Part shown: positions 41,700 through 53,863 of the stretch, piece after piece
Layout of the letters: each line of letters starts with the position of its first letter
How positions within the stretch are numbered: the stretch's first letter is position 1
Translations under genes and position numbers: made by a program
NCBI GenBank assembly: GCA_963710375.1
Contig: CAVPZX010000002.1
Location: 448,001 to 512,000, forward strand
Length of the DNA: 64,000 bases
Direction of reading: 5' to 3'
Source: Nitrospirota bacterium
Lineage (GTDB): Bacteria; Nitrospirota; Thermodesulfovibrionia; Thermodesulfovibrionales; Dissulfurispiraceae
Notes under the pieces: model-generated
Told to the model about the DNA's origin: nothing
What the model saw: only the letters and a program-made list of their open reading frames with translations
Database searches by the model: none

Positions 41700-44600
41700 C
41701 GTGTGGCAGCCACTTTTCGAGCACCTTGGACAACTTCTTCGGCGAGATTGGCTTTGAGATATAATCGTCCATGCCCTCTTGCAGGCATTTCTCCCTGTCA
41801 CCCGTCATGGCATGGGCTGTCATTGCAATAATTGGAACATTTGGATTCGCTGCCTTTGTCTTGCCACTCCGGATAGCCATGGTAGCCTGATACCCATCCA
41901 TAACAGGCATCTGAACATCCATGAAGACTATGTCGTAAGAAGCAGCTTCCATCATATTGATCGCCTGCTGGCCATTGTCAGCGGTGTCAGCACTGAACCC
42001 CAATTTCCCCAGAATGCCCTCTGCCACCAGTCTATTCACTCTGTTATCCTCCACCAGTAGAATGCGCGCATTCTGCCTGGATGCCTCACGAAGCCAATGC
42101 TTCGTAATAATGGCGGCTTCCTGGGCCTTTTCATGCAGACTGCTCCCGCCAAGGACTGCGGCTATGCAGTCGTGCAGCTGGAACATCCTTACAGGTTTGG
42201 TTAGATATGCGGAAAATCCAAGGCTCGCAAGCCTCTTTGAATCTCCCCTCACTCCACTGGATGTCAGCATAATCAGCAAAGTATCCCTCAAAACTGGGTC
42301 TGCCTTGATGGCCCTGGCAAGGGCTTCGCCATCCATGCCAGGCATTTGCATATCAGTAACTACAACCCTAAAAGGGTCCCCTTCAGCTTGAGCGGCATGG
42401 AGCATCTCCATTGCCTTTAAAGCTCCCCCGGCCTCTGCATGGCGCACTCCCCACGACTTCATCTGCTCTGCAATTACGATGCGGTTCACCGCATTGTCGT
42501 CTACCGACAGTATCCTCACCCCGCTGATATCGGCAAATGGAGGCATTTCTCCCCTGTCCGGCTGACTCCCCTTATCGAACACTGCTGTAAACCAGAAGTT
42601 GGAACCCTTCCCTTCTATGCTTTCAACCCCTATCCTGCCGTTCATTAGCTCAACCAGACGTTTCGATATTGCCAACCCAAGGCCGCTGCCTCCAAACTTC
42701 CTCGATGTCGAGGCATCAACCTGCTGGAAACTGTCAAACAATAAAGGTACTTTGTCCTGTGGTATCCCAATGCCCGTATCCCTTATATTGAAGCGCACCG
42801 TAATTTGACCGTCTCTCTCATATTCCGTCACTGCTTCGATAACCACCTCGCCCACTGAGGTGAACTTGATGGCATTCCCTATCAGGTTCACTAATACCTG
42901 GCGAAGCCGGCCAGGGTCGCCTATAAGGAATGTGTGGACGCCAGGGTCTATCCGGCATATTAACTCAAGACCCTTTTCATAGGCCCTCAAGGCCATAAAC
43001 TCAGCAGTCTCTTCAAGCGTGTTTCTCAGATCAAACTCTATTGTCTCTATCTCCAGTTTGCCTGCCTCTATCTTGGAGAAGTCAAGGATGTCGTTGATCA
43101 GGCCCAGCAACAACTCGCCGCTTGAGCGCAGCATCTCGGCATAGTTCCTCTGCTCCTCAGAAAGCCCCGTGTCAAAAAGCAAACCGGTCATCCCAACGAT
43201 GCCGTTCAATGGGGTGCGGATTTCGTGGCTCATGTTTGCCAGAAACTCGCTCTTTGCCACATTCGCCGCTTCCGCAGCCGTCTTCGCCTTCTTGAGAGCC
43301 TCTTCAATCTGTTTTCGCTCAGTTATATCTTCATTGACCAGGATGTAATGAGTGATTTTACCCTCTTGGTTCAATACAGGAGCTATAGAGGAGTGCTCCC
43401 AGTATAACTCACCTTTTTTGTTCCTGTTGCATATCTCGCCGACCCACTCGTGCCCTGACCTCAAGGTCTCGAATATGGAATTGTAAAACTCATCGGGGTG
43501 AGTTCCGGATTTGAACATCATTGGGTGTTGCCCTAAAACCTCGCTTGCCGAATATCCCGTAACTTTTTCAGCCTGCGGGTTCACAAATTCTATTCTGCCC
43601 TCCGTGTCTGTTATGGTAACAGCAGATGCACTTTGCCGTAATGCTTGTGAAAGTTTCTGAAGCTCTTCCATTGTCCGTTTGCTATCAGTAATGTTCCTGA
43701 CCGTACAAACGGTGGCCATAATGCTCCCGCTGTTGTTTTTCATCGACGATGCAGATATGCTGAGGATTTGGGGGACATAGTCAGGTTGCATATAAGATAA
43801 TTCGTAACTTCGTACGCTATCGGATGATGCGCTGCCGTCAAGTACCGGTCGGGCACCCTCGCCGAAAATCATTGTAAACGGCCTTCCGAGAAGGTCCTCT
43901 TCCGACCGCCCTAACATCGCCGTGGCCGCACGATTGATCAGCCTGATAATACCCTCTGCATCAATTGCTATCATGGCTTCATCCATCGTATCAAGAACAC
44001 CCTGCGCCGCAAACGTAGGGGTGATATTAATAAGTTGGTTTTTTACCACGGCCCTATCGAGTATGACCAAGCAGACCAATACCGCAATGTAGCCGGCGGG
44101 ATATATGGCAATATCAAAGTGTACGAAATAATCAACGACCGACAATCCTCCGATACCAAAGGCAACGAGAAATGACCTGATACGAAGACGTTGTTTGTGG
44201 CTGTATATTTCTCGCTTATAGGCCGCTAGAAGTGCGTGGTAGCTAATCCCCAGGACAATCCCGAAAGGGATCAAGTACATTATGCCCCACGATGTGAACT
44301 GAGGTTCATACCCCCATGAAAAATGCTTTACCCTATTGATGACCAAGTCCGTACCTACCATGAGAATGGAAGAAAACAAGGATAATACCCATATTAGGGC
44401 ATTAAGCCGTTTGTGCTTTTGATAGATGTTCAATGCGGTGATGACAAACAAATAAAGAGCTGCGGGAATAAAAGGGATGCCGAAATGTGCTGCTTTTACC
44501 CACCAAAAAGCAACGTCTGTATTAGTTGAGTTGCTCCCAAAAAGAGCTGAGACCTGCCATATCAACACAAAGAATGTCAGCAGGTTGAACGTCAAGCTGG

Positions 44601-44727
44601 TCCGCTCAAGGCGCCCTAGATAAAAGAATTTCAGGGAAAGCGCTGCGAGGATGAGCACGACACAAGCAACGGGAATTGCCCATAAATTGAACGAGTAGCT
44701 GGATAGTTTAAAAACCGCCGGCGACAT
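41674..44727 (-). CDS. Hybrid sensor kinase (7TM N-terminus, two PAS, HisKA, HATPase, two REC)
   Basis: [18 protein letters not shown], and receiver Asp in TDMQMP and MDVQMP. Confidence 0.93.
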   Translation of the reverse strand: MSPAVFKLSSYSFNLWAIPVACVVLILAALSLKFFYLGRLERTSLTFNLLTFFVLIWQVSALFGSNSTNTDVAFWWVKAAHFGIPFIPAALYLFVITALNIYQKHKRLNALIWVLSLFSSILMVGTDLVINRVKHFSWGYEPQFTSWGIMYLIPFGIVLGISYHALLAAYKREIYSHKQRLRIRSFLVAFGIGGLSVVDYFVHFDIAIYPAGYIAVLVCLVILDRAVVKNQLINITPTFAAQGVLDTMDEAMIAIDAEGIIRLINRAATAMLGRSEEDLLGRPFTMIFGEGARPVLDGSASSDSVRSYELSYMQPDYVPQILSISASSMKNNSGSIMATVCTVRNITDSKRTMEELQKLSQALRQSASAVTITDTEGRIEFVNPQAEKVTGYSASEVLGQHPMMFKSGTHPDEFYNSIFETLRSGHEWVGEICNRNKKGELYWEHSSIAPVLNQEGKITHYILVNEDITERKQIEEALKKAKTAAEAANVAKSEFLANMSHEIRTPLNGIVGMTGLLFDTGLSEEQRNYAEMLRSSGELLLGLINDILDFSKIEAGKLEIETIEFDLRNTLEETAEFMALRAYEKGLELICRIDPGVHTFLIGDPGRLRQVLVNLIGNAIKFTSVGEVVIEAVTEYERDGQITVRFNIRDTGIGIPQDKVPLLFDSFQQVDASTSRKFGGSGLGLAISKRLVELMNGRIGVESIEGKGSNFWFTAVFDKGSQPDRGEMPPFADISGVRILSVDDNAVNRIVIAEQMKSWGVRHAEAGGALKAMEMLHAAQAEGDPFRVVVTDMQMPGMDGEALARAIKADPVLRDTLLIMLTSSGVRGDSKRLASLGFSAYLTKPVRMFQLHDCIAAVLGGSSLHEKAQEAAIITKHWLREASRQNARILLVEDNRVNRLVAEGILGKLGFSADTADNGQQAINMMEAASYDIVFMDVQMPVMDGYQATMAIRSGKTKAANPNVPIIAMTAHAMTGDREKCLQEGMDDYISKPISPKKLSKVLEKWLPHAEHRAKMT

Positions 44728-44770
44728 ACTCTTAGGCCAATACTATCACGGAGAAAATAGATTTATCAAT

Positions 44771-45838
44771 TTACTTGTTGGAAGCCTCATTAATCAATTT
44801 CATCAGCGCTTCAAGCAACTCCTCTTCTTTGACCTGACCCACTACTTCCCCATTTTTAAAGACAAGGCCCATGCCTTTGCCCCCAGCAATGCCGAAATCA
44901 GCTTCCCTCGCTTCACCTGGCCCGTTAACTACACAGCCCATGACAGCGACACAGATCGGCTCCTTAATGTCCTTAAGTGCATCCTCCACTTTTTGGGCAA
45001 GAGGCTTTAAATCGATACAACACCTTCCGCAGGTTGGACACGAAATTATTTCCGGGCCCCGGCGCCGCAAACCAAGAGATTTTAGAATTTCATATGCAAC
45101 CCTGATCTCTTCGGCCGATTCCGCAGTCAGTGAAATTCTCACCGTATCACCTATGCCCTGGGCTAACAGTATGCCGACGCCTACGGCACTCTTGATAATC
45201 CCGCTAAAGGGTGGGCCTGCCTCTGAAATGCCTACATGGAGCGGGTAATCATATTTTTCCGAAAACATGCGGTACGCCTCGACTGTCTTTGTCACATTCG
45301 AGGCCTTGAGCGATACCTTGATATTCTGAAAATTCAAGTCCTCAAGGATTTTGATATGGTTCTCGGCGCTCTCTACCAGTGCCTCAGGGGTCGGATGTCC
45401 GTATTTCTCAAGCACTGTTTTATCCAGAGAACCTGCATTGACACCTATCCTTATCGGCACAGAGCGTTCTGCTGCAGCAAGCACAACCTCTTTTATCTTC
45501 CAGGGTGCTCCTATATTGCCAGGGTTAAGTCTAAGGCCGTCCACTCCCTGTGCCAGGGTTTCAAGGGCTAATCTCCAATCGAAATGTATATCAGCGATAA
45601 TAGGGATAGTGACATCCTTCTTAATTAGACCCAGGGCGTGGGCCGCATCCATATCAGGAACAGCCAGCCTTATAATCTCACATCCCACCGACTCCAGATA
45701 CCGTATCTGTTCAACCGTTGCCTTCACATCGCGGGTATCGGTTTTTGTCATTGACTGAACAGAAATGGGCTCTCCACCGCCTACTGCAACGTTTCCGACA
45801 TATATTTTTCTAGTCTTTTTTCTATTAATTGCCGACAT
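44771..45838 (-). CDS. ispG: HMBPP synthase
   Basis: SVQSMT, ADIHF, RIGVNAGS, CPTCGR and MGCVVNGPGE. Confidence 0.96.
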   Translation of the reverse strand: MSAINRKKTRKIYVGNVAVGGGEPISVQSMTKTDTRDVKATVEQIRYLESVGCEIIRLAVPDMDAAHALGLIKKDVTIPIIADIHFDWRLALETLAQGVDGLRLNPGNIGAPWKIKEVVLAAAERSVPIRIGVNAGSLDKTVLEKYGHPTPEALVESAENHIKILEDLNFQNIKVSLKASNVTKTVEAYRMFSEKYDYPLHVGISEAGPPFSGIIKSAVGVGILLAQGIGDTVRISLTAESAEEIRVAYEILKSLGLRRRGPEIISCPTCGRCCIDLKPLAQKVEDALKDIKEPICVAVMGCVVNGPGEAREADFGIAGGKGMGLVFKNGEVVGQVKEEELLEALMKLINEASNK

Positions 45839-46892
45839 TCTTACTCATCCTTTCTGTCCTCACTCCAGAGGAAAGTTCCCCTGATTCTGTTTCCGGGGAG
45901 CCCATGCCTGACCGTATTCTCCTGATTGCAGCATTATGCTCGGCCAGTGTTTTTGAGAAGTAGTGAGTGCCGTTATTTTGAGACACAAAATACAGGTAAG
46001 GAACTTTTGCCGGGTTCAACGCCGCGATTATAGATTTTATTCCAGGGGATGCTATCGGTCCTGGAGGCAGCCCTTTAATTACATATGTATTGTAATCGGT
46101 CTTCTTTTTGAGGTCATTTCTTGTTATTTTATGTTTGCTGCTTTTTACACCGTAAATTGCAGTCGGATCTGACTGCAGGGGCATGCCCTGCTTGATGCGG
46201 TTATGGTATACGGCAGAAATGATCGGCCGTTCCTGGTCGGTTACCGCCTCTTTCTCTATAATGGAAGCAAGGGTCAAGACCCTGTTTTCGCTCCAGCCGA
46301 TTTCTTTCGCCCGCTTCCGCAGCTCGTCCGTATATGCTGCATTGAACAAAGAGACCATATCTTTCAGCACTATTTTCGGATTCACCCCTTTCGGGATTTT
46401 GTATGTCTGAGGAAAGAGGTAGCCTTCAATACTAGGGGCATCAATTCCCTGGAGCTTAAGAAAGTCCCTGTCCCTGACTAGTTGATTAAACTTGTCGATC
46501 GTCATGATTTTAGCTGCGGCAAGTTTAGGACCGATCTCATGCAGGCTATCTCCCTCAACGATAGTTACCTCATATTCTATAATTTTTCCCTCTTCCAAGT
46601 GCCTGAACACCTGAAACGGGCTCATCTTGCCCCAGAATGAGTAATATCCATACCGTATCTTCCGATCAAGGCCGGTCAGTCTGCCCATAATGATAAAGAT
46701 ATTTTTGTCCCGTATAAGGTTGTTCTTGTAAAGAATGTTAATGGCCTGTTTGTAGGTTGCACCCTCCGGTATTTGCACTTCCAGTTGTGTACTGCCAATG
46801 TAAGAAGGTATGAAAAGCTGCGAACCTATATATATCAGAGGCAGAAGAAAAAATGCAGCAAGAAATAATTTGATGTTAGGTCTCACGGTCAT
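45825..46892 (-). CDS. mltG: Endolytic transglycosylase
   Basis: EGYLFP.TY, LASIIEKE, LQSDPT and GLPPGPI. Confidence 0.93.
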   Translation of the reverse strand: MTVRPNIKLFLAAFFLLPLIYIGSQLFIPSYIGSTQLEVQIPEGATYKQAINILYKNNLIRDKNIFIIMGRLTGLDRKIRYGYYSFWGKMSPFQVFRHLEEGKIIEYEVTIVEGDSLHEIGPKLAAAKIMTIDKFNQLVRDRDFLKLQGIDAPSIEGYLFPQTYKIPKGVNPKIVLKDMVSLFNAAYTDELRKRAKEIGWSENRVLTLASIIEKEAVTDQERPIISAVYHNRIKQGMPLQSDPTAIYGVKSSKHKITRNDLKKKTDYNTYVIKGLPPGPIASPGIKSIIAALNPAKVPYLYFVSQNNGTHYFSKTLAEHNAAIRRIRSGMGSPETESGELSSGVRTERMSKNVGN

Positions 46893-46926
46893 CCTATTAA
46901 GAATAACAGATAATAATCATAAAATG

Positions 46927-46957
46927 AAAAATGGGGCGACCTTATTATGGTCGCCCC
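46927..46957 (-). terminator. Intrinsic terminator downstream of groEL
   Basis: Minus strand GGGGCGACC-ataataa-GGTCGCCCC-A-TTTTT. Confidence 0.8.
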
Positions 46958-47030
46958 CGACTTCACCCCGTTATCCCGTGGACCGAACCGGCAGCATGCA
47001 GCCGGAAACGTGCCACGGTACTATTGTTTT

Positions 47031-48665
47031 TTAGTACATCCCTTCCATACCGCCGCCGCCCGGCATCTGAGGCATTTTCTTCTCCTCTTCAGGCATGTCG
47101 GTAATCATCACTTCTGTGGTGAGCATCAAACCAGCTACGGACGCAGCATTTTGAAGCGCCGACCTGGTTACCTTTGTCGGGTCAATAATGCCGGCCTTAA
47201 TCATATCGGTGTACTCCTCTTTATAGGCATCATACCCGAAATTAATGTCTTTTGATGCCCTAACCTTTTCGACTATAATTGCACTCTCGATGCCGGCATT
47301 CTGAATTATCTGCTTTATCGGCTCATCAAGCGCCTTTTTAATTATATTCACGCCGAGCTGCTGGTCCTGATCCAGTTTCATCTTATCCAGCGCCTTGATG
47401 CACCTGATAAGGGCAACTCCGCCGCCGGGCACGATACCTTCCTCGACAGCAGCCCTTGTCGCATGGAGGGCGTCCTCAACTCTGGCCTTTTTCTCTTTCA
47501 TTTCAGATTCGGTTGCAGCCCCGACATTAATGACCGCGACGCCGCCTACCAGTTTCGCAAGCCGCTCCTGAAGCTTTTCCTTGTCGTAATCAGAAGTGGT
47601 CTCTTCAACCTGGGCCTTGATCTGTTTTACCCTGCCCTGAATCTTTGCATTATCACCTGCTCCCTCGACAATGGTGGTGTTCTCTTTGTCGATGGTGATC
47701 TTGCGCGCTCTGCCCAAATCGTTGATCTTGACATTTTCGAGCTTTAGTCCGAGATCCTCCGAAATGACCGTACCTCCGGTCAGAACAGCAACATCCTCGA
47801 GCATTGCCTTTCTCCTGTCTCCGAAACCAGGGGCCTTCACTGCGGCAACCTGGAGGGTACCGCGCAGCTTGTTGACCACAAGGGTCGCAAGCGCCTCGCC
47901 CTCGACTTCCTCGGAAATGATAAGCAGCGGCTTGCCCATTTTTGCAATCTGTTCAAGAATCGGAAGGAGGTCTTTCATGATCGAAATCTTTTTGTCGTGA
48001 ATCAGAATGAATACGTCGTCAAGCACGCACTCCATCCTGTCGGGATCGGTGATAAAGTAGGGAGAAATATATCCTCTGTCAAACTGCATTCCCTCAACTA
48101 CATCAAGGGCTGTCGCCATGCTTTTAGCTTCTTCAACGGTAATGACCCCGTCCTTGCCGACCTTGTCCATCGCCTCGGCAATCAATTCGCCGATCGAGGG
48201 ATCATTATTTGCTGAGATAGTGCCAACCTGCGCAATTTCCTTTTTCTCGGCAACAGGCCTGCTCATAGCTTTTAACTCCGCGACCACTGTTTCGACTGCC
48301 AGGTCAATCCCCCTTTTCAGGTCAATGGAATTGGCGCCTGCGGTCACATGCCTCATGCCCTCTTTGTAAATAGCATAGGCCAGAACGGTCGCGGTTGTAG
48401 TCCCGTCACCTGCGACATCAGAGGTTTTGGAAGCTACTTCTCTCAGGAGTTGGGCACCCATATTCTCATACGGGTCTTTAAGTTCGATTTCTTTTGCAAC
48501 AGTCACGCCGTCCTTTGTTATATTTGGCGCACCAAATTTCCTGTCAATAATTACATTCCTTCCCCTCGGGCCAAGGGTCGCTTTTACTGCATCGGTGAGA
48601 ATAGTCACGCCCTTTAAAATAGTGTGTCTCGCCGCTTCGTCAAACAGAAGTTGCTTTGCCGCCAT
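47031..48665 (-). CDS. groEL: Chaperonin GroEL
   Basis: [11 protein letters not shown] and GGM tail. Confidence 0.98.
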   Translation of the reverse strand: MAAKQLLFDEAARHTILKGVTILTDAVKATLGPRGRNVIIDRKFGAPNITKDGVTVAKEIELKDPYENMGAQLLREVASKTSDVAGDGTTTATVLAYAIYKEGMRHVTAGANSIDLKRGIDLAVETVVAELKAMSRPVAEKKEIAQVGTISANNDPSIGELIAEAMDKVGKDGVITVEEAKSMATALDVVEGMQFDRGYISPYFITDPDRMECVLDDVFILIHDKKISIMKDLLPILEQIAKMGKPLLIISEEVEGEALATLVVNKLRGTLQVAAVKAPGFGDRRKAMLEDVAVLTGGTVISEDLGLKLENVKINDLGRARKITIDKENTTIVEGAGDNAKIQGRVKQIKAQVEETTSDYDKEKLQERLAKLVGGVAVINVGAATESEMKEKKARVEDALHATRAAVEEGIVPGGGVALIRCIKALDKMKLDQDQQLGVNIIKKALDEPIKQIIQNAGIESAIIVEKVRASKDINFGYDAYKEEYTDMIKAGIIDPTKVTRSALQNAASVAGLMLTTEVMITDMPEEEKKMPQMPGGGGMEGMY

Positions 48666-48691
48666 AATAATCAGTCCTCCTTTTTTTCTTT

Positions 48692-48955
48692 TTATTCAAT
48701 TATTCCTAAAAGATCTTCTTCTTTTACTATCAAATACTCAAGGTTGTCGATTTTGATTTTCGATCCTGAGTACTTGTCGAAAAGCACCTGGTTCCCGGCC
48801 TTTACTTCCTTAACTTCTGAACCGACCGCTTCCACCGTGCCCTTTTGCGGTTTCTCCTTTGCAACATCAGGAACGTAAATACCGCCAGCTGTTTTTTCTT
48901 CCTGTTCCTCCGAGTACCTGATAACTACCCTGTCCTTAAGTGGCCTGATCTTCAT
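48692..48955 (-). CDS. groES: Co-chaperonin GroES (short form)
   Basis: IRPLKDRV and [15 protein letters not shown]. Confidence 0.96.
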   Translation of the reverse strand: MKIRPLKDRVVIRYSEEQEEKTAGGIYVPDVAKEKPQKGTVEAVGSEVKEVKAGNQVLFDKYSGSKIKIDNLEYLIVKEEDLLGIIE

Positions 48956-49035
48956 ACCAAACTAACCTCCTTTTAAAATAATTTTCAATCTTTAACAGAA
49001 AACCGTTAAAGGTATTGACCGGTTTAAACCGTTTA

Positions 49036-49062
49036 TTAGCACTCACCATCGTTGAGTGCTAA
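49036..49062. promoter_or_regulatory. CIRCE operator of groESL
   Basis: TTAGCACTC-N9-GAGTGCTAA, perfect. Confidence 0.97.
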
Positions 49063-49212
49063 TAATAACGTGAAAACGGAAGAGGTTGCAAGGCTTCAAA
49101 AAGACGAATAAAGCTTAATAGCTTTGAATATTAGCAATTTTCGGCTATTTTCGGCCTTTTTCTATCAAAATCTTATTTTTTGTGGCAAATGGAATCATGC
49201 TGTTGTTAGACT

Positions 49213-50079
49213 TTATAACAAACCGGTACTATGAAGCAGAAACACCATGACCGAAGCACATATGCAATATATTCCGAACAGATGCCAACGACCGCGCTCA
49301 AGCCAGTTTGAAAGCCAGCGAAGGGCCAGAATTCCCGAAATAAAGCTTAGTGCCATACCCAGCAGACTGGGATAAAAAAGACCCGCCATGCTTGCCGCAT
49401 TAAGTGAAGATGCATGGTGTGCCTTCAGCAATCTCAAGACCTCCCGGACAACCACAGGCGGCGTGAGAACAACAGCCAGAGCAAAGCTGAACTCCTCTAC
49501 TCTTATTTTTGCGATTCCGAAAAGAAGTCCTGTGGATATGGTTGCTCCTGAGCGCGAAAACCCTCGAAAAGGCATACAGATACCCTGCACTGCTCCTATC
49601 CAACAAGTTTCCTTCAAGCCCAACGTGGAGTTCTCACGGGGCAAATGACGGTTTTTCCAGCCGGCTAAAATAATTAACACTCCGACTGCCGCAAGGGAAA
49701 CTGAAATCAGAAACAAGTTCCCGAAAAGTAGTTCAATCTCGGCATGTGGAACATCTCTTAATATGAACACCTCGATTAGGTGTTTCAGTAATAAACCGAC
49801 AATAGCCGTCAGTAATGTAGCCGCTGCAATAAGCTTTACTGAATCCCGGAAAACTTTTCCTGAACTAAAAAAACTTTCTTTCCATGCATTCCAGAAAAAA
49901 AGGATTACCGCAAACATAGTACCGGTATGAAGCATAACAAGGAGAAGCGTCATTTCGGGACTCGTTGGGTCGAGTCCCAACAACTTCTCCGCTATGATAA
50001 CATGAGCGGAACTCGATACCGGCAATAGCTCAGCAGCCCCCTGAACTATAGCGAGAACAAGGATCTTCAATAAGGTCAT
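49213..50079 (-). CDS. uppP: Undecaprenyl-diphosphate phosphatase
   Basis: QGAAELLPVSSSAH and GFSRSGATI. Confidence 0.9.
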   Translation of the reverse strand: MTLLKILVLAIVQGAAELLPVSSSAHVIIAEKLLGLDPTSPEMTLLLVMLHTGTMFAVILFFWNAWKESFFSSGKVFRDSVKLIAAATLLTAIVGLLLKHLIEVFILRDVPHAEIELLFGNLFLISVSLAAVGVLIILAGWKNRHLPRENSTLGLKETCWIGAVQGICMPFRGFSRSGATISTGLLFGIAKIRVEEFSFALAVVLTPPVVVREVLRLLKAHHASSLNAASMAGLFYPSLLGMALSFISGILALRWLSNWLERGRWHLFGIYCICASVMVFLLHSTGLL

Positions 50080-50088
50080 TGAAGGATC

Positions 50089-51201
50089 CTATGCCGAAAA
50101 CAAGTCTTTCAACTTGCTCTTGAACCCTTTTGCATCTTCGTGCGTCTCATCGCTTATGCTCGCAAACTCCTCAAGCAGTTCTTTCTGGCGGGGTGTAAGT
50201 TTTTTCGGGACATCAACATACACGCTGATGATCTGGTCTCCCCTCTGGTGGCTTCCCAGCCTTGGTATGCCTTTTCCCTTGAGATGGAAGCTCTTGCCTG
50301 ACTGAGTTCCGGAAGGCACCTTTAGCTTGGAAGTACCGCTCAGAGTGGGAACTTCGATTTCCCCGCCAAAAACCGCCTTCGGAAAGGAAATCGGGACCTG
50401 GCAATAAACATTGATGTCTTCGCGCTTGAAAAATGGATGTTCCTCAACCATTATGACTATATAAAGATCGCCGGCAGGCCCGCCATAGCTGCCGAAGTCT
50501 CCTTCGCCGCTCAGTTTCAGGCGTGAGCCGTTATCAACACCAGCCGGGATTTTTACTGAAAGTTCTTTATGCACCCTCATCTTCCCGTTCCCATTGCAAT
50601 TCTTGCAGGGATTGGTAATGAGCCTGCCTGTTCCGTTACACTTGCCGCAGGTCTTTGAAACACTGAAAAATCCCTGCTGAAAGCGTATTTGCCCTGCACC
50701 CTGGCACTGGGAGCATGTAACAGGCGGCTTGCCCGGCTCTGCACCGGAACCGCTGCATACTTCGCAAGACTGCCATCGCGGAATCTTTATGGTTTTTTCA
50801 GTGCCGAAGGCGGATTCTTCAAGGCTTAGGGACATATTGTAGCGAAGGTCTGAACCTTTTGTCGGCTTCGCCCTTTTAAATCCGCCAAAAGTGCCGAAAA
50901 AGTCATCAAAGATATCCTCAAAAATATCTCCGAATGGGGCTCCTGCGCCAAAACCGCCGAAACCAGGGCCTGCACCCGCGCCAAGCCCTTCCGTTGTGCC
51001 GTACCGGTCGTAATGGGCGCGTTTCTCGGGGTCACTGAGGCAGGTATACGCTTCGTTTATCTCTTTAAATTTTTCTTCAGACGCCTTTTCACCCTGATTT
51101 CTATCAGGGTGATGCTTCAGTGCGAGCTGTCTGAACGCCTTCTTCATGTCTTCCTGGGAGACATCGCGGCTGACTCCCAGGACTTTATAATAATCCTTCA
51201 T
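50089..51201 (-). CDS. dnaJ: Chaperone DnaJ
   Basis: HPD motif and four CxxCxGxG. Confidence 0.97.
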   Translation of the reverse strand: MKDYYKVLGVSRDVSQEDMKKAFRQLALKHHPDRNQGEKASEEKFKEINEAYTCLSDPEKRAHYDRYGTTEGLGAGAGPGFGGFGAGAPFGDIFEDIFDDFFGTFGGFKRAKPTKGSDLRYNMSLSLEESAFGTEKTIKIPRWQSCEVCSGSGAEPGKPPVTCSQCQGAGQIRFQQGFFSVSKTCGKCNGTGRLITNPCKNCNGNGKMRVHKELSVKIPAGVDNGSRLKLSGEGDFGSYGGPAGDLYIVIMVEEHPFFKREDINVYCQVPISFPKAVFGGEIEVPTLSGTSKLKVPSGTQSGKSFHLKGKGIPRLGSHQRGDQIISVYVDVPKKLTPRQKELLEEFASISDETHEDAKGFKSKLKDLFSA

Positions 51202-53120
51202 TTGTTCTTATTCTTGTCCACGTCCTCGAACTCTGCTTCGACGACCTCTTCCTCAGGTGATTTAGCCTTTGATCCCCCTCCATCCGACTCGGGACCGCTG
51301 CCCGGCTGTCCCTGGTCAGACTTGTATATATGTTCAGCAATCTTGTGGGACGCCTTAGTAAGCTCATCAACGGCAGCCTGTATATCAGAAACGCTCGTGC
51401 CTGCATCCTTTGCCCGCCTGCATTTCTCGAGGGCAGCCTCGATGTCCTTCTTTTCAGACTCTGAAACCTTGTCCCCATATTCCTTGAGCGATTTCTCGAC
51501 AGAATAGACAAGCGTGTCAGCCTGGTTCTTAACTTCGACAAGTTCCTTTTTCTTTTTGTCCTCATCTGCATGCGATTCTGCATCGCGCATCATCTTCTGC
51601 ACTTCTTCTTTCGAGAGGCCGCTGGATGCTGTAATCCGTATGGACTGCTCTTTGCCGGTGCCGAGGTCCTTGGCAGACACATGCAAAATGCCGTTAGCAT
51701 CAATATCGAACGTGACCTCTATCTGCGGCAAGCCCCGTGGCGCAGGTGGAATTCCCACAAGTTCGAAGACACCCAGGAGTTTGTTGTCGGCAGCCATTTC
51801 ACGCTCTCCCTGATGAATTTTTATCGTCACTGCCGGCTGGCTGTCAGAAGCGGTCGAGAAGATTTGAGATTTCTTGGTAGGTATAGTCGTATTCCTATCT
51901 ATGATCTTCGTAAAAATACCCCCGAGGGTCTCTATGCCAAGTGAAAGGGGCGTCACGTCCAGGAGCAATACGTCCTTCACCTCTCCTTTCAGAACAGCGC
52001 CCTGGATAGCAGCGCCTACGGCTACCACCTCATCAGGATTGACAGACCTGTTCGGCTCCTTACCAAAATAATTCTGCACTACCTGCTGCACTTTTGGGGT
52101 CCTTGTCTGTCCGCCGACAAGTATTACTTCGTCTATGTCGCTTTGTGAATATTTTGAATCTGCAAGCGCCTTTTTTAAGGGTTCGATCGTTTTATCGATA
52201 AGGTCACCGGTAAGCTGATCTAATTTGGACCTGGATAGTTTCATCAGCAGGTGCTTGGGCCCTGTGGCATCGGCAGTGATAAATGGAAGATTTATCTCTG
52301 TCTCAGATGCGGTTGAAAGCTCTATCTTGGCCCTCTCAGCTCCTTCCTTGAGCCTCTGGAGCGCCATTTTGTCATTCCTCAGATCAATGCCCTGCTCTTT
52401 CTTAAACTCATCAACCAGCCAGTCCATGATCCTCAGGTCAAAATCATCCCCACCCAGGTATGTATCGCCGTTGGTAGCCTTTACCTCGATAACGCCTTCC
52501 CCGATTCCGAGAATTGAGATATCGAATGTTCCTCCGCCCAGGTCATAAACCGCCACCTCTTCCTCTTTTTTCTTTTCGAGGCCGTAAGCAAGAGCCGCTG
52601 CTGTAGGCTCGTTGATGATCCTTAAGACATTGAGTCCGGCAATCTGTCCGGCATCTTTCGTAGCCTGGCGCTGGCTGTCGTCAAAATATGCGGGCACGGT
52701 AATGACCGCTTCGGTAACAGTCTCCCCCAGGTAATCCTCAGCCGCCTGTTTAAGCTTCTGAAGGATCATGGCAGAAATCTCCGGCGGAGAGTACTGCTTG
52801 CCCCTGATGTCAACATGTGCGTCTCCGTTTGCAGCTTCAACTATTTTATAGGGAAGTCTCTTCCTTGCATGTTCAACCTCGGGAGAATTGTACTTCCTAC
52901 CCATGAGCCTCTTGATCGAAAAAATAGTATTTTCCGGATTGGTAATGGATTGACGTTTTGCTATCTGGCCGACAAGCCGTTCCCCTTTTTCGGAAAATGC
53001 CACTACAGAAGGAGTCGTCCTAGTCCCCTCCTGATTGGGAATCACTACCGGCTCCCCGCCCATCACTACCGACACCACCGAATTTGTTGTACCAAGATCT
53101 ATACCTATAGCCTTTCCCAT
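51198..53120 (-). CDS. dnaK: Chaperone DnaK
   Basis: [10 protein letters not shown] and DLGGGTFD. Confidence 0.98.
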   Translation of the reverse strand: MGKAIGIDLGTTNSVVSVVMGGEPVVIPNQEGTRTTPSVVAFSEKGERLVGQIAKRQSITNPENTIFSIKRLMGRKYNSPEVEHARKRLPYKIVEAANGDAHVDIRGKQYSPPEISAMILQKLKQAAEDYLGETVTEAVITVPAYFDDSQRQATKDAGQIAGLNVLRIINEPTAAALAYGLEKKKEEEVAVYDLGGGTFDISILGIGEGVIEVKATNGDTYLGGDDFDLRIMDWLVDEFKKEQGIDLRNDKMALQRLKEGAERAKIELSTASETEINLPFITADATGPKHLLMKLSRSKLDQLTGDLIDKTIEPLKKALADSKYSQSDIDEVILVGGQTRTPKVQQVVQNYFGKEPNRSVNPDEVVAVGAAIQGAVLKGEVKDVLLLDVTPLSLGIETLGGIFTKIIDRNTTIPTKKSQIFSTASDSQPAVTIKIHQGEREMAADNKLLGVFELVGIPPAPRGLPQIEVTFDIDANGILHVSAKDLGTGKEQSIRITASSGLSKEEVQKMMRDAESHADEDKKKKELVEVKNQADTLVYSVEKSLKEYGDKVSESEKKDIEAALEKCRRAKDAGTSVSDIQAAVDELTKASHKIAEHIYKSDQGQPGSGPESDGGGSKAKSPEEEVVEAEFEDVDKNKNK

Positions 53121-53208
53121 TGTATCCTCCTCATTATATATTAATTACGAAATAATAATTATGGTCAAAACCATTAACTCCTAAACCTCAATTTGTGACT
53201 CTCACTTG

Positions 53209-53763
53209 TTATTTCTTCTTCGACACAGCGACGAGCGAGGGACGTAATACTTTGTCTTTGTAAAGGTACCCTTTCCTAAACTCATCAGTAACCGTATTAC
53301 TTTCCAAATCAGACCGTTCTATCTGCGACATCGCATGGTGGTATGCGGGATCAAACTGCTTGTTAAGCGCCTCAATCGCCGTAATGCCGAACTTCTCAAG
53401 TGTCCTGTTCATCTCCCTCAGGGTGTTCTCTACTCCCTGCGCAAGTGAGTCTGCTGTTTCAGTCCCCCCTTCGGCGGCGTGTTTTAACGCCATGTCAAGG
53501 CTATCCAGGACCGGCAAGAGCTCATAAGCAAGGCTTTCGTTTGAATACTTTGCAAACTCCTCCCTGTCCTTCTGGACTTTTTTCTTGTAATTCTCGAACT
53601 CTGCATAGAGCCTAAGGTATTTGCCTTTTATATCTTCGAGTTCAGCCTGTATCGATTCCATCTCTTTTATTGTTTTGTCCTCAAGTTGAACAGAAACTCC
53701 AGCTTCGCAGGGCTTTTCATCCTGCGCACCTGCAGGTTCCAGCGCTTCCCTATTTTCGGCCAT
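53209..53763 (-). CDS. grpE: Nucleotide exchange factor GrpE
   Basis: AEFENY, FDPAYH and GY...VLRP. Confidence 0.95.
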   Translation of the reverse strand: MAENREALEPAGAQDEKPCEAGVSVQLEDKTIKEMESIQAELEDIKGKYLRLYAEFENYKKKVQKDREEFAKYSNESLAYELLPVLDSLDMALKHAAEGGTETADSLAQGVENTLREMNRTLEKFGITAIEALNKQFDPAYHHAMSQIERSDLESNTVTDEFRKGYLYKDKVLRPSLVAVSKKK

Positions 53764-53789
53764 CTTCGCCACCTCCACCTCTAAATACC

Positions 53790-53859
53790 AATTATGAACT
53801 AAAAGATTAAGGACAGTTTTATTATTATTTCGAAAATTCCTAATTCGTAATTCTTAATT
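53790..53859. repeat. Degenerate inverted heptamer element (AATT-core family)
   Basis: AATTATG AACTAAA ... AATTCCT AATTCGT AATTCTT AATT. Confidence 0.5.
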
Positions 53860-53863
53860 ATGT

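Noticed and set aside
48692..48955. Short GroES lacking the roof loop as a pseudogene
   Set aside because: Short GroES forms occur in several phyla; the SD, operon context and CIRCE are intact.
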